IMG/VR virus record: IMGVR_UViG_2854558644_000001
DNA: 64,000 nucleotides
Reading direction: 5' to 3' (one strand)
DNA from: a virus
Lineage: Duplodnaviria > Heunggongvirae > Uroviricota > Caudoviricetes
Shown: positions 38,100 through 46,877 of the stretch, piece by piece
Position numbering within the stretch: the first letter of the stretch is position 1
Layout: each line of letters starts with the position of its first letter
Notes under the pieces: model-generated
The model's input: the letters and a program-made list of their open reading frames with translations, nothing else
Databases searched by the model: none
What the model was told of the DNA's origin: nothing
Made by a program: the position numbers and the translations under genes

Positions 38100-38245
38100 A
38101 TGAAAATATTTTTAGCAATTTTGATTCTAATTTCAGCATTGAATATAAATCTGACTTTAGAAAAGTTAAATGGTACAAAAAAGAGATATGATTTGCATTG
38201 TATCGTGTCGTTATTAGCATTTGTTTTGTTTATATTTTTCTTTTA
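38100..38245 (+). CDS. small membrane protein (48 aa)
   Basis: ORF+SD GGTGAGAGA. Confidence 0.4.
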
Positions 38246-38337
38246 AATAGAGAATAATCTAATATAGAAGTAATTCTATTCATGGCTGATCAGCCAAATT
38301 TTCCAAAAAAGTAACAAGAAATATTTTTTCATTCGAT

Positions 38338-38358
38338 TAGGCAGACGTGCCTATTTTC
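38338..38358 (+). terminator. rho-independent terminator
   Basis: TAGGCA-GACG-TGCCTA then TTTTCG. Confidence 0.45.
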
Positions 38359-38452
38359 GAGTGATTTTACAACAAAATAATATTAAGAAGAAAGGATTTA
38401 ACAGTAACTCCTAGGTATAAATGATTGCGCAATCTCTGTAGATTAAAGGATT

Positions 38453-39961
38453 TTGACAGAGAATAAAGAAAAAAATAATTATTGTGAGTTAAGTGTAATT
38501 GAACTTTGCAGTGGCATTGGAGCACAGATGAAGGGTATTGATAATACTCATCTATTTAATGCAAATATGATTGCAACAGCAGATTTAGATAAAGAAGTCG
38601 TGGTTAGTTATGCTGCAATTCATTGTGGTTTGACTAATGAAATGATTGAAAACTATGAAGATTATCCAAGCAAAGAAGAAATGGTAAAACAGCTTACAGA
38701 TAAGAGACTTGGATATGATTTTAAGAAAGATGTTCTGTATGATTGGGAGAAACTTTCACGAAAGAAGGACAAAACGAAAGGTATTGAGAAATATTGGTTA
38801 GCAGACCATATTTCACATAATCTTGGCGATATGATGCAGATTGAGTCACTGCCATATAGTGATTTACTTACATACTCGACTCCATGTACAGATCTTTCCA
38901 TTGCTGGTAAGCAAGAAGGATTAAAGTGGACATGTCATGATTGTGGTTGTGAATATGATCCATCAGAATTAGATGTAGATACTCGTTATACTTGCCCTAA
39001 TTGTGGCAGCCACAATATTAAATCAACTCGTTCAGGTTTATTGTATGAAGTTGAGAGACTTCTTGTAAAAGCAAAAGAGAATAATACATTACCAAAGTAT
39101 TTGCTTATGGAGAATGTAGATGCTCTTGTATCAAAGAAGTATATTGACAGTTTTAAGGATTGGTTGATTCGACTTGATAACTTGGGATATAACTCATATT
39201 ATCAGACAATCAATGCAAAGAATACTGGTATTCCACAGAATCGTAATAGAATCTTCTGTATCTCTATTCGTAAGGATATTGATACCAAGTCATTTGAATT
39301 TCCACAGCCTTTTGATACAGGAATCAGATTAAAGGATTTATTAGAAACAGATAGCAGTGTTCTGGAGAAATATTTCTTATCTGATGAAGTACAAAAAAGA
39401 CTTCAGATAACAGATCCAAAATTTGAAAAGAATGTAGTAGGAACAACAATTGGACAAAATTGTACCAGGTTAGGTAACAGAGATTTAGTTTATCAGCAGG
39501 ATTCAGTAATGGGTGCTTTAGTGGCAACTGATTATAAACAACCAAAACAGATTTTTGCCAATTCAAACGAACCAATACATATTGCTGATTTATGCAGCGA
39601 AAAGTTTCAGAGAATGCATGAGCAGTCTCGCAGAGTATATAGCGAAGATGGAATTGCACCAGCTATGCATACTTGCGGTGGTGGTAATACAGAACCAAAG
39701 GTTGAGAGAGATAATTTAAAAGTCGTAAGAAAGCTTACACCAAAAGAGTGTCATAGGCTCATGGGATTCAATGATATTGATTATGAGAATTGTAAAGCAG
39801 TTGGAATGTCTGATACTCAGGGATATAAACAAAGCGGTAACAGTATAGTGACAACTTGCATCTCTTTGTTGATTGAGCATTTATATAAGGCTCAGTATGA
39901 TAATACATATATTTGTACAGATGAGAAGATGGTAAATTTTCATCAGCCACAAGTGGATTAA
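38453..39961 (+). CDS. DNA (cytosine-5)-methyltransferase with zinc-ribbon insertion
   Basis: motif I LCSGIGAQ, motif IV TPCTDLSIAGK, motif VI LLMENVDAL, motif VIII GIPQNRNRIF, TRD-end RRVYSEDGIAPAMHTCGGG, IX RKLTPKECHRLMGF, X GNSIVTT; starts at TTG (first ATG would delete motif I). Confidence 0.8.
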   Translation: MTENKEKNNYCELSVIELCSGIGAQMKGIDNTHLFNANMIATADLDKEVVVSYAAIHCGLTNEMIENYEDYPSKEEMVKQLTDKRLGYDFKKDVLYDWEKLSRKKDKTKGIEKYWLADHISHNLGDMMQIESLPYSDLLTYSTPCTDLSIAGKQEGLKWTCHDCGCEYDPSELDVDTRYTCPNCGSHNIKSTRSGLLYEVERLLVKAKENNTLPKYLLMENVDALVSKKYIDSFKDWLIRLDNLGYNSYYQTINAKNTGIPQNRNRIFCISIRKDIDTKSFEFPQPFDTGIRLKDLLETDSSVLEKYFLSDEVQKRLQITDPKFEKNVVGTTIGQNCTRLGNRDLVYQQDSVMGALVATDYKQPKQIFANSNEPIHIADLCSEKFQRMHEQSRRVYSEDGIAPAMHTCGGGNTEPKVERDNLKVVRKLTPKECHRLMGFNDIDYENCKAVGMSDTQGYKQSGNSIVTTCISLLIEHLYKAQYDNTYICTDEKMVNFHQPQVD

Positions 39962-40748
39962 GTTCTGCTTGTGGTGATAAACCACAATTAGTTGGTGGTG
40001 TCGGTGAAATAAATTTTGGGAAGCAATTTCGTCAGGGTAATAGAGTATATGATTCAGATCATGTAGCAATGTGTTTATTAGCACAGCCTGTAGGTAATGC
40101 TGGTGGGTTCAGTTACTTGTATACGGTGGCAAAAAATTTTAATTTGCCCTCTATTCTAAATGTAACTTATGAAAATGATGTTCAAAGAGTTGGAACTGTA
40201 AGTGAGAATAGTCTTATTGGCGGTAGAGTTATAGGAATAGAGGGTATTTGTTTCACATTAATGGCTTGTACTCATGGTTATGGTATGGAAAACATCTATG
40301 ACAGTAGAAAGTTGGTGTTAGATGAAAAATTCAGAAAATACACCAAATGAATTGATTTTTGTTGGTGGTATAGATAGTAAGTTATGGTTGGATAATGGCA
40401 AACAGTTATCTAGGAACTTTAAACAAGGATACAGAGTTTACAGTAGTGAAGGAGTTGCCTGTTCTATTACGACAAATGGTGGAGGTCTAGGTGGTTGTAC
40501 TGGACTCTATCTTATAGAAAGAGAGAATAATGAATAAGAATATACAATTTGAATCATTAACTCGAAGTAAGTGGGTTAATGATAAATATAAAGAGTTTTA
40601 TCGTAAAAATGGTTATCTTCCTAAATATTTTGATGTATATAATGGTACAGAAATTACAGATTATGCACCTACATTGTCAACAAGAAGTAATGGAGCAATG
40701 GGAAGTGGTACTGTATTGATTATGATTGATAAACATGATATTGAATAG
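39925..40748 (+). pseudogene. tandem C5-MTase TRD-end fragments in three overlapping frames (decayed multispecific MTase or silent TRD cassettes)
   Basis: four copies of TRD-end block: QGNRVYDSDHVAMCLLAQPVGNAGG, GGRVIGIEGICFTLMACTHGYG, QGYRVYSSEGVACSITTNGGGLGG, ITDYAPTLSTRSNGAMGSG; no motifs I-X. Confidence 0.5.
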
Positions 40749-40754
40749 AAAATA

Positions 40755-40797
40755 ACAATATATAGCGATTATAAATACAATACATACTATATATTGT
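40755..40797. repeat. 11-bp perfect inverted repeat ACAATATATAG/CTATATATTGT (21-nt spacer)
   Basis: seen directly upstream of gene 40860. Confidence 0.6.
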
Positions 40798-40859
40798 ATA
40801 AAAATTAAGACCAAAAGAAAGCGGAATTTCTTGCGATGAAACATGAAGGGAGAAAGAAT

Positions 40860-41588
40860 ATGTATCCAGAATACGATGATTTTTATGAGCCAAGTGAAGG
40901 CGAAATGTTTTTTGATGAAATGAAAGAAAAGTTCAGAGAGATTTTACGTGAAGATGTAAACTCTGAAATTAACAGATTAACAGAAGAAAATGCAGAATTA
41001 AGGCAAAAGGTTAAAGAGTACAATGATAAAAATTTAAATCTTTCTTGTAGAGAAAGAGATTTGCAGTACAAAATGGACAATTACAAACGAGAGGTAGAAA
41101 ACGATTTTTATAATAAAACAATGGAAGAAGTTTTTGAGAAATTATTAGAAGACTCAGAAGTGTGGTATGCAGAACATGTTCCTCATGAGAAACCAAAATG
41201 TAATTTATGTAACGAAGAAAGAAAACTCGTTGCAGTATATCCAAATGGTGAAACTGTGACCAAGGAGTGTGAATGTTCTCGACCAACATATATTTATGAG
41301 CCAGTAATTTCATTGAATAAAGAGATTAAGTTTCATAAAGCATATAAGCCAAGATACAGTGATAAAAAGAAAATCTATTTTACTAAAAATCACAGACCAA
41401 ACAAGGATTATGCAGATGCGTATGATTATTATAGTGAATTCAGAATAGAAAATATTTTTGATGATTTTAATGATGATGTAATTGCATATCACAATGGTAA
41501 AAGATATGGAGAAAAAATTGCATTCAGAAGCAAAGAGGCTTGTCAGAAATATTGTGATTGGCTTAATGTTAATGAGGAGTATAAGTAA
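40860..41588 (+). CDS. hypothetical coiled-coil protein with CxxC pair
   Basis: ORF+SD GAAGGGAG. Confidence 0.55.
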   Translation: MYPEYDDFYEPSEGEMFFDEMKEKFREILREDVNSEINRLTEENAELRQKVKEYNDKNLNLSCRERDLQYKMDNYKREVENDFYNKTMEEVFEKLLEDSEVWYAEHVPHEKPKCNLCNEERKLVAVYPNGETVTKECECSRPTYIYEPVISLNKEIKFHKAYKPRYSDKKKIYFTKNHRPNKDYADAYDYYSEFRIENIFDDFNDDVIAYHNGKRYGEKIAFRSKEACQKYCDWLNVNEEYK

Positions 41589-41933
41589 ATGGTAGTTAAA
41601 GTAAATTTAAGTGAAGTTAATAAAACAATAAAAGAATATGAAGACCTCGGATATTTACACGTTGCAACTGTTCCAAGTATTGATGGTGTAATTCTTAGGT
41701 TCAGAGATCCAATTGTTCCAGAAGAGAATTTGATTAAAATACCGAATGTTTCATCTGCTGTTATAAGTACAACTCCAAGAGTATTTCTTTTTAAAACAGA
41801 TTTACCATTTGACGATGCCGAGAAAATAGGTGAATGGATTTATAAAAGCATTAAGAAAGGTGTGCTTGTTATTCCAGAATGTGTTGAATTTATAGGCGTA
41901 GAAGATTTGTTTAAGACAGAAAGGACAGAGTGA
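41589..41933 (+). CDS. hypothetical protein
   Basis: coupled ORF (TAAATG). Confidence 0.55.
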   Translation: MVVKVNLSEVNKTIKEYEDLGYLHVATVPSIDGVILRFRDPIVPEENLIKIPNVSSAVISTTPRVFLFKTDLPFDDAEKIGEWIYKSIKKGVLVIPECVEFIGVEDLFKTERTE

Positions 41934-41937
41934 GTAA

Positions 41938-42144
41938 ATGAACAAAGAAAAACAAATTGAGGTATTAGAAGACCTAAAATCTTATGTAAATGAAGAGTGG
42001 GATGAGTATGAATACGCAGATGATATAAAGGATGCCAATGTAGCACTGGATGTAGCAATAGCTTTAATCAAATCGTCTAATGTTGCAGGTACATTATCTA
42101 TAAATGATAAAAATTATATAGTTCTTGAAGGTCAAGAATCATAG
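41938..42144 (+). CDS. hypothetical acidic protein
   Basis: ORF. Confidence 0.5.
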   Translation: MNKEKQIEVLEDLKSYVNEEWDEYEYADDIKDANVALDVAIALIKSSNVAGTLSINDKNYIVLEGQES

Positions 42145-42182
42145 ATTTCCTTTGGAGAATAAATTAGTAGGAGGTAAGCAAT

Positions 42183-42719
42183 ATGGAATATAGAAAGATT
42201 GATTTTCTTTGCGGTTGGACTATTAAACGAGCTGTAAAGGAATTGCACGAAAGAGCAAAGGATGGAAATAAATATTGCGGTGAATTCAATGAGAATAAAC
42301 TAACATCTGATATGTCTTTAGATGATGCTTATATGCTTTGTATAGGTAAAACTTTTGACGAATTTAATAAAGAGCAAGAAGAAAGTCGTCAAAGATTAAT
42401 TCGTGAAGAGGAAGAACATAAAAGAAAAATCCCTGAATTATCAAAGTATTGGATAGAAGAAGGTCATAAGGTTTTATCTAAAGATAAGTGGGATATGTGG
42501 GATAAATGTGTTTCTATTCGACTTAATGATCTATACAGGGGAATGGAACTTGGTCAGTGCTTAGATATTATCAAAACTGTTAAAGAAAAATCTATCCAAG
42601 ATGGAATTAAAATTATGAAAAATCAGGGACATTCTGGTATGTCATGGGGATTAATGAAGTCTATGATTAGAGAATTTTGTGATTATGGAAATGAATTCTT
42701 AGAACAGTTGGGAGAATAA
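42183..42719 (+). CDS. hypothetical protein
   Basis: ORF+SD TAGGAGG. Confidence 0.55.
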   Translation: MEYRKIDFLCGWTIKRAVKELHERAKDGNKYCGEFNENKLTSDMSLDDAYMLCIGKTFDEFNKEQEESRQRLIREEEEHKRKIPELSKYWIEEGHKVLSKDKWDMWDKCVSIRLNDLYRGMELGQCLDIIKTVKEKSIQDGIKIMKNQGHSGMSWGLMKSMIREFCDYGNEFLEQLGE

Positions 42720-42720
42720 T

Positions 42721-42981
42721 ATGGCAGGATTTATATCAAAACAACCGAATGGATTATATTGTAGATTTTCGAGTGTCACGGATTGTCCTACAGCATGGAA
42801 TATGACACGAGAAGATTATATCAATATGAAAATGCAAGAAGCAAAAGAAGATGCTGAAGATGTGTTGGATAATTATTTGAAGCCGTTTGATATGGTGGTG
42901 GATATGTATTATCCAAACAATATGACAAAAGAGGAATTTGATGAGTTCCTTGAAGAGACTGGCTATAGTAAAGGAGAATAA
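42721..42981 (+). CDS. hypothetical protein
   Basis: ORF+SD GGAGAATAA. Confidence 0.5.
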   Translation: MAGFISKQPNGLYCRFSSVTDCPTAWNMTREDYINMKMQEAKEDAEDVLDNYLKPFDMVVDMYYPNNMTKEEFDEFLEETGYSKGE

Positions 42982-42986
42982 ACCAT

Positions 42987-43136
42987 ATGAAGAAATGTGT
43001 AATTTTAGAAATGGAAAACAGCAATGATTTTGAGAATGCTATGAATGATTATTTGAATGATGGATACAAAGTAGAATCTAGTTCATGCAATAGTAGATAC
43101 TATAAAGCAATTCTTGTATTAAAGGAGGACGAGTAA
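42987..43136 (+). CDS. small hypothetical protein (49 aa)
   Basis: ORF+SD AAGGAGAATAA. Confidence 0.4.
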   Translation: MKKCVILEMENSNDFENAMNDYLNDGYKVESSSCNSRYYKAILVLKEDE

Positions 43137-43141
43137 ATCAT

Positions 43142-43414
43142 ATGAAGAAGAAAATTTTAGCAGTTGTATTAGGATTAACATTGTGTTTTGGAATGACTGG
43201 ATGCCAGTCTGTTACAAAAGATTTTGGTGGATCAACAACAATTGAGCTTGCACCAAACCAGAAACTTGAAGAGATTACATGGAAAGATGATTCATTATGG
43301 TATCTTACAAGACCTATGACAGATGATGACATTGCGGAAACACATACCTTTCAACAGTCATCAAATTTTGGTGTATTTGAGGGTACTGTAACTATTATTG
43401 AAAAGAAGGAATAA
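43142..43414 (+). CDS. putative lipoprotein
   Basis: signal peptide MKKKILAVVLGLTLCFGMTGC with lipobox-like Cys. Confidence 0.55.
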   Translation: MKKKILAVVLGLTLCFGMTGCQSVTKDFGGSTTIELAPNQKLEEITWKDDSLWYLTRPMTDDDIAETHTFQQSSNFGVFEGTVTIIEKKE

Positions 43415-43419
43415 GTAAA

Positions 43420-43653
43420 ATGAAAGTTAAAGAATTAATCGAAAAATTATCGACTATGCCACCTGATGCAGAATTAGTTTCATATCAAAGTGATCTTGAA
43501 AAAAGTGGAATAAAACCAATAAATTATTCACCAACTTTGAAAAATTTTAAGGTTGAAACTCATTATGTATATGATGTGTTTAATCATACACATATTCCAT
43601 TTGATATTTTGGAAGAGGATGAAGATGGCGAATTTATAGGTGTAGAAATGTAG
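43420..43653 (+). CDS. hypothetical protein
   Basis: ORF+SD GAAGGAATAAG. Confidence 0.5.
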   Translation: MKVKELIEKLSTMPPDAELVSYQSDLEKSGIKPINYSPTLKNFKVETHYVYDVFNHTHIPFDILEEDEDGEFIGVEM

Positions 43654-43695
43654 GCACAGTAAACCGAAGTTTCTTGGTGATTTAGGAGGTGGAAG

Positions 43696-44004
43696 ATGGG
43701 CAAAAATTATGAATTAGAGCTGTATAAATTACTAATCAATCCAGAAGAAGACGACATTGACATCCAATATGTAGAAGAATTTGGATGGGTTAGTAATACA
43801 GAGTTTTATGTTTGGATTAATCTTAATTGGTTTAATGAATTTGTCAAACGATTGAATGATATTTTTGGCTATTCGCTTTTTGATGAAGGTGGAATTGAAG
43901 CAAGAATTTGTAGTGATTGTGTATGTATCGACTTAGAAGAAGTTATTTCTGGATATGGAGTTGATCTTGAAGAAGTATTTCCAAGAAGTAAATATACACA
44001 TTAA
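43696..44004 (+). CDS. hypothetical protein
   Basis: ORF+SD AGGAGGTGGAAG. Confidence 0.55.
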   Translation: MGKNYELELYKLLINPEEDDIDIQYVEEFGWVSNTEFYVWINLNWFNEFVKRLNDIFGYSLFDEGGIEARICSDCVCIDLEEVISGYGVDLEEVFPRSKYTH

Positions 44005-44035
44005 GAGAATAATATATCGAAAGGAGCATGAGATT

Positions 44036-44266
44036 TTGCAGAATAAATATTCTAAAAAGCAATTAGAAGAATTGTATAATTGCGATATTTTTAAAGATTC
44101 AGGCTTTGATGATAGTCACTTATTTTGGGTAGCGCAGGGATTACCATTTACAGAAGATGGAGATGATTGCTTATTCGTACATGCAGATGGATGGGATCTG
44201 GATGAGTTACACGAAAATATCAGAGAAGCAATTAGAGAGCATTGCATCGTATTTGATGGAGAATAA
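44036..44266 (+). CDS. hypothetical acidic protein (TTG start)
   Basis: SD AAAGGAG 9 nt upstream of in-frame TTG; no in-frame ATG near. Confidence 0.45.
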   Translation: MQNKYSKKQLEELYNCDIFKDSGFDDSHLFWVAQGLPFTEDGDDCLFVHADGWDLDELHENIREAIREHCIVFDGE

Positions 44267-44327
44267 TACATTGAAAGGAGCGAGAGATTTGCTGCAGCAT
44301 TAAATCTGGATTTGCTCTGAGTAAGAA

Positions 44328-45071
44328 ATGTTAGAAATTAACAAAATATACAATGAAGATTGCCTTGAAGGTATGAAAAAGATTGATGATAAATCGGTCG
44401 ATGCGATTATTACGGATCTTCCTTATGGACAAACTTCACGAAATAAATGGGATTCAGTTATTCCATTTAAACCATTATGGGAACAGTATGAAAGAATCAT
44501 TAAAAACAATGGTGCAATTATTCTATTTGCGAATGGTATGTTTACTGCAGATTTAATGCAAAGCAATCGTAAGCTTTGGAAATATAATCTGATTTGGGAG
44601 AAAACACAGCCAACAGGATTTCTAAATGCTAAGAAAATGCCATTACGCTCACACGAAGATATCTGTATTTTCTATAAAAAACTTCCAACTTATAATCCAC
44701 AGAAAACAACTGGACATCCAAGAAAAGTTAGCAAAGCAGAACATAAGACTAACTGTAAAGAGACTACTGATTATGGAGAACATGGTCTTACTACTTATGA
44801 TAGTACAGAAAGATACCCTAAGTCGGTATGGACATTTGCAAAGGATATCCAAAAGTCGGCACTTCATCCGACACAAAAGCCTGTAGCACTGATTGAAGAG
44901 TTGATCAAGACCTACACAAATCCAGGAGATTTAGTTCTTGATTCATGTGCAGGAAGTTGTACAACTGCAGTTGCAGCTTTGAATACAGGTAGAAATTACA
45001 TATGTTTTGAGAAGGACAAGGATATTTTTGAGGTTGGAAGTAAGAGAGTGAGAGAATACATAAATGAGTAA
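44328..45071 (+). CDS. beta-class DNA methyltransferase (N6-adenine or N4-cytosine; N6_N4_Mtase family)
   Basis: motif IV AIITDLPYG N-terminal and motif I VLDSCAGSCTTAVAA C-terminal. Confidence 0.75.
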   Translation: MLEINKIYNEDCLEGMKKIDDKSVDAIITDLPYGQTSRNKWDSVIPFKPLWEQYERIIKNNGAIILFANGMFTADLMQSNRKLWKYNLIWEKTQPTGFLNAKKMPLRSHEDICIFYKKLPTYNPQKTTGHPRKVSKAEHKTNCKETTDYGEHGLTTYDSTERYPKSVWTFAKDIQKSALHPTQKPVALIEELIKTYTNPGDLVLDSCAGSCTTAVAALNTGRNYICFEKDKDIFEVGSKRVREYINE

Positions 45072-45261
45072 ATGCGGTAATAATGACTGCCAATGGCACA
45101 AATATTGCGAAGGCGGTTTGATGTGGTATGACGAAGATATTACAGAATGTCGTAGTTGGATTAAGCCAAAACCAACTAAGATGAAAAACATCAAAGTAGC
45201 TGAATCAGATTATGATAAGGCAGTTAAGGTATTAAAAAGAAATAAGATAGAGTTCAAATGA
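45064..45261 (+). CDS. Cys-rich small protein
   Basis: ORF overlapping MTase stop. Confidence 0.45.
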   Translation: MSKCGNNDCQWHKYCEGGLMWYDEDITECRSWIKPKPTKMKNIKVAESDYDKAVKVLKRNKIEFK

Positions 45262-45293
45262 TACATTGAAAGAAATCTTTCTTTGGAAGAGAG

Positions 45294-45686
45294 GTGATAA
45301 CAATCAAGAAAGAAACAAAGCAAAGTATTCAATATTTAATGATTATTATATGTATATTAGCATCTATATTTTTTGGTGCTTATAAGTTTTCATTATATGC
45401 AGATTATACAGAAGAATACTCGTATGAGTTAGAAGAAGTGAAGTCAGGAACTTATGCAATATATAATACCGTTTCTTCTACTGTTCCTGCTCATAATTAT
45501 AACATGGTTACGATTTGTTACAATGGTCAAATTCATGTATTTCAAGGAACTGTGAATATTTGTCAGACAAGCAATAAACCTCATGCAGATATTATAAGCA
45601 AACCTCATAAGAATTATAGCGATGAGATAACAATTTATGTTCCAAAAGGAACTATTGAGTTTGCTGAAGGCGTTGGAGTTAAATAA
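45294..45686 (+). CDS. hypothetical membrane-anchored protein (non-ATG start)
   Basis: frame opens at GTG inside SD GAGAGGTG; in-frame ATA/ATC at ideal spacing; TM helix. Confidence 0.45.
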   Translation: MITIKKETKQSIQYLMIIICILASIFFGAYKFSLYADYTEEYSYELEEVKSGTYAIYNTVSSTVPAHNYNMVTICYNGQIHVFQGTVNICQTSNKPHADIISKPHKNYSDEITIYVPKGTIEFAEGVGVK

Positions 45687-45711
45687 GGAATAGGAATAGA
45701 GGTGAATAAAT

Positions 45712-45903
45712 TTGAGAGTAGAATTAAGAGAATATATTCCACCAGAATCGGTTGATGAAAATATCATCAAAGCTATTAATACTGTAAAAGAATATTGTAA
45801 AACTCATGCAGAATATGAAGACTGTAGAAGATGTGTATTGGGTGATGGTATTCATAATTGTGGATGTAGTAGCCCTTATTTATGGAGTATACGAAAGGAA
45901 TAA
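45712..45903 (+). CDS. Cys-rich small protein (TTG start)
   Basis: SD GAGGTGA 7 nt upstream of TTG. Confidence 0.45.
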   Translation: MRVELREYIPPESVDENIIKAINTVKEYCKTHAEYEDCRRCVLGDGIHNCGCSSPYLWSIRKE

Positions 45904-45907
45904 TTAA

Positions 45908-46177
45908 ATGACAGAAAAATTTTCAATAGTAAGACAGCTTGATACAGAGAAATTAAGTGGAAGAATTGCTTATTTTGTATATGAGAATGGACACAATCCA
46001 TATATTTTTGCGAATAATGCAACTTTAGAAGCATTAAAGAAGCCATATGAACAGGAAATGGTGTTTACCAGTTTTGATGGTAAGAAAACTCTTTGTAAAG
46101 GTCTAATTGGTAGGTATCAAGGTTACAAGATGTTTGAAGATAACACATTAAAATATGGTGAGATTGAATTGAGATAA
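45908..46177 (+). CDS. hypothetical protein
   Basis: ORF+SD AAAGGAATAA. Confidence 0.5.
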   Translation: MTEKFSIVRQLDTEKLSGRIAYFVYENGHNPYIFANNATLEALKKPYEQEMVFTSFDGKKTLCKGLIGRYQGYKMFEDNTLKYGEIELR

Positions 46178-46203
46178 GAGAATAAAGATTGTGAGGGAAT
46201 AAA

Positions 46204-46596
46204 ATGTATGATTTGTTTGAAGATATTTGTATGGAACGTTTGATATTTGATGATGTTCCGTCTGACGACATACTATTAATGTATCCATATAAATTACGAA
46301 ATGAATCAATATTACGAGATAATATCTGTAATATGAAGAATGTTATTAGAGAATATATCAAAGAAGTGGAACAATATTCTATGTGTGTTAGCGTTATTTC
46401 AAAATTGATATGGGATTCTCAGAAAATATCTATGCAGAACGAAGCAGATGAACATCAGAGAAAAGCAGATAAACTAGCAGAGCAAATGAATGATGGGATT
46501 AGTCCTTATGCTTGGTGTATCAAGAAAAATTTTGATAAATACATAGATTATATTCATTATAAGGCTGATTATCTTGTTTATTTGGATAAGATATGA
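46204..46596 (+). CDS. hypothetical protein
   Basis: ORF+SD GTGAGGGAATAA. Confidence 0.55.
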   Translation: MYDLFEDICMERLIFDDVPSDDILLMYPYKLRNESILRDNICNMKNVIREYIKEVEQYSMCVSVISKLIWDSQKISMQNEADEHQRKADKLAEQMNDGISPYAWCIKKNFDKYIDYIHYKADYLVYLDKI

Positions 46597-46877
46597 CAAC
46601 CAATGAATCTCGCATTTCACAAGGAGGCAAAATATTGAGGATTGGTGACAAAGAAAATGTTAATGAAATCACACTCAGACATAAGGGCAGAGATATTAAA
46701 TTTGAATGTTTTATCAAACCATTTCCTTACGCAGAAAGATTGGATTTAAAAGAAAAAGATCCAGTTGAGATTCTTTTTGATGATTTGACAGAAGTAGATG
46801 CATTAATTGATATGTTAAAAAGATTCAAACAGGAGTCACAGGAATATATAGGCGTTTGGAAGAGGAGTGGAAATTAA
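46593..46877 (+). CDS. hypothetical protein
   Basis: ATGA-coupled ORF. Confidence 0.5.
   Translation: MTTNESRISQGGKILRIGDKENVNEITLRHKGRDIKFECFIKPFPYAERLDLKEKDPVEILFDDLTEVDALIDMLKRFKQESQEYIGVWKRSGN

Noticed and set aside
40069-40748. Track ORFs 40069..40350, 40322..40537, 40530..40748 as three independent genes
   Set aside because: They carry MTase TRD-end blocks but lack catalytic motifs, overlap in three frames and have weak or no SD; interpreted as one fragment array rather than functional separate proteins.
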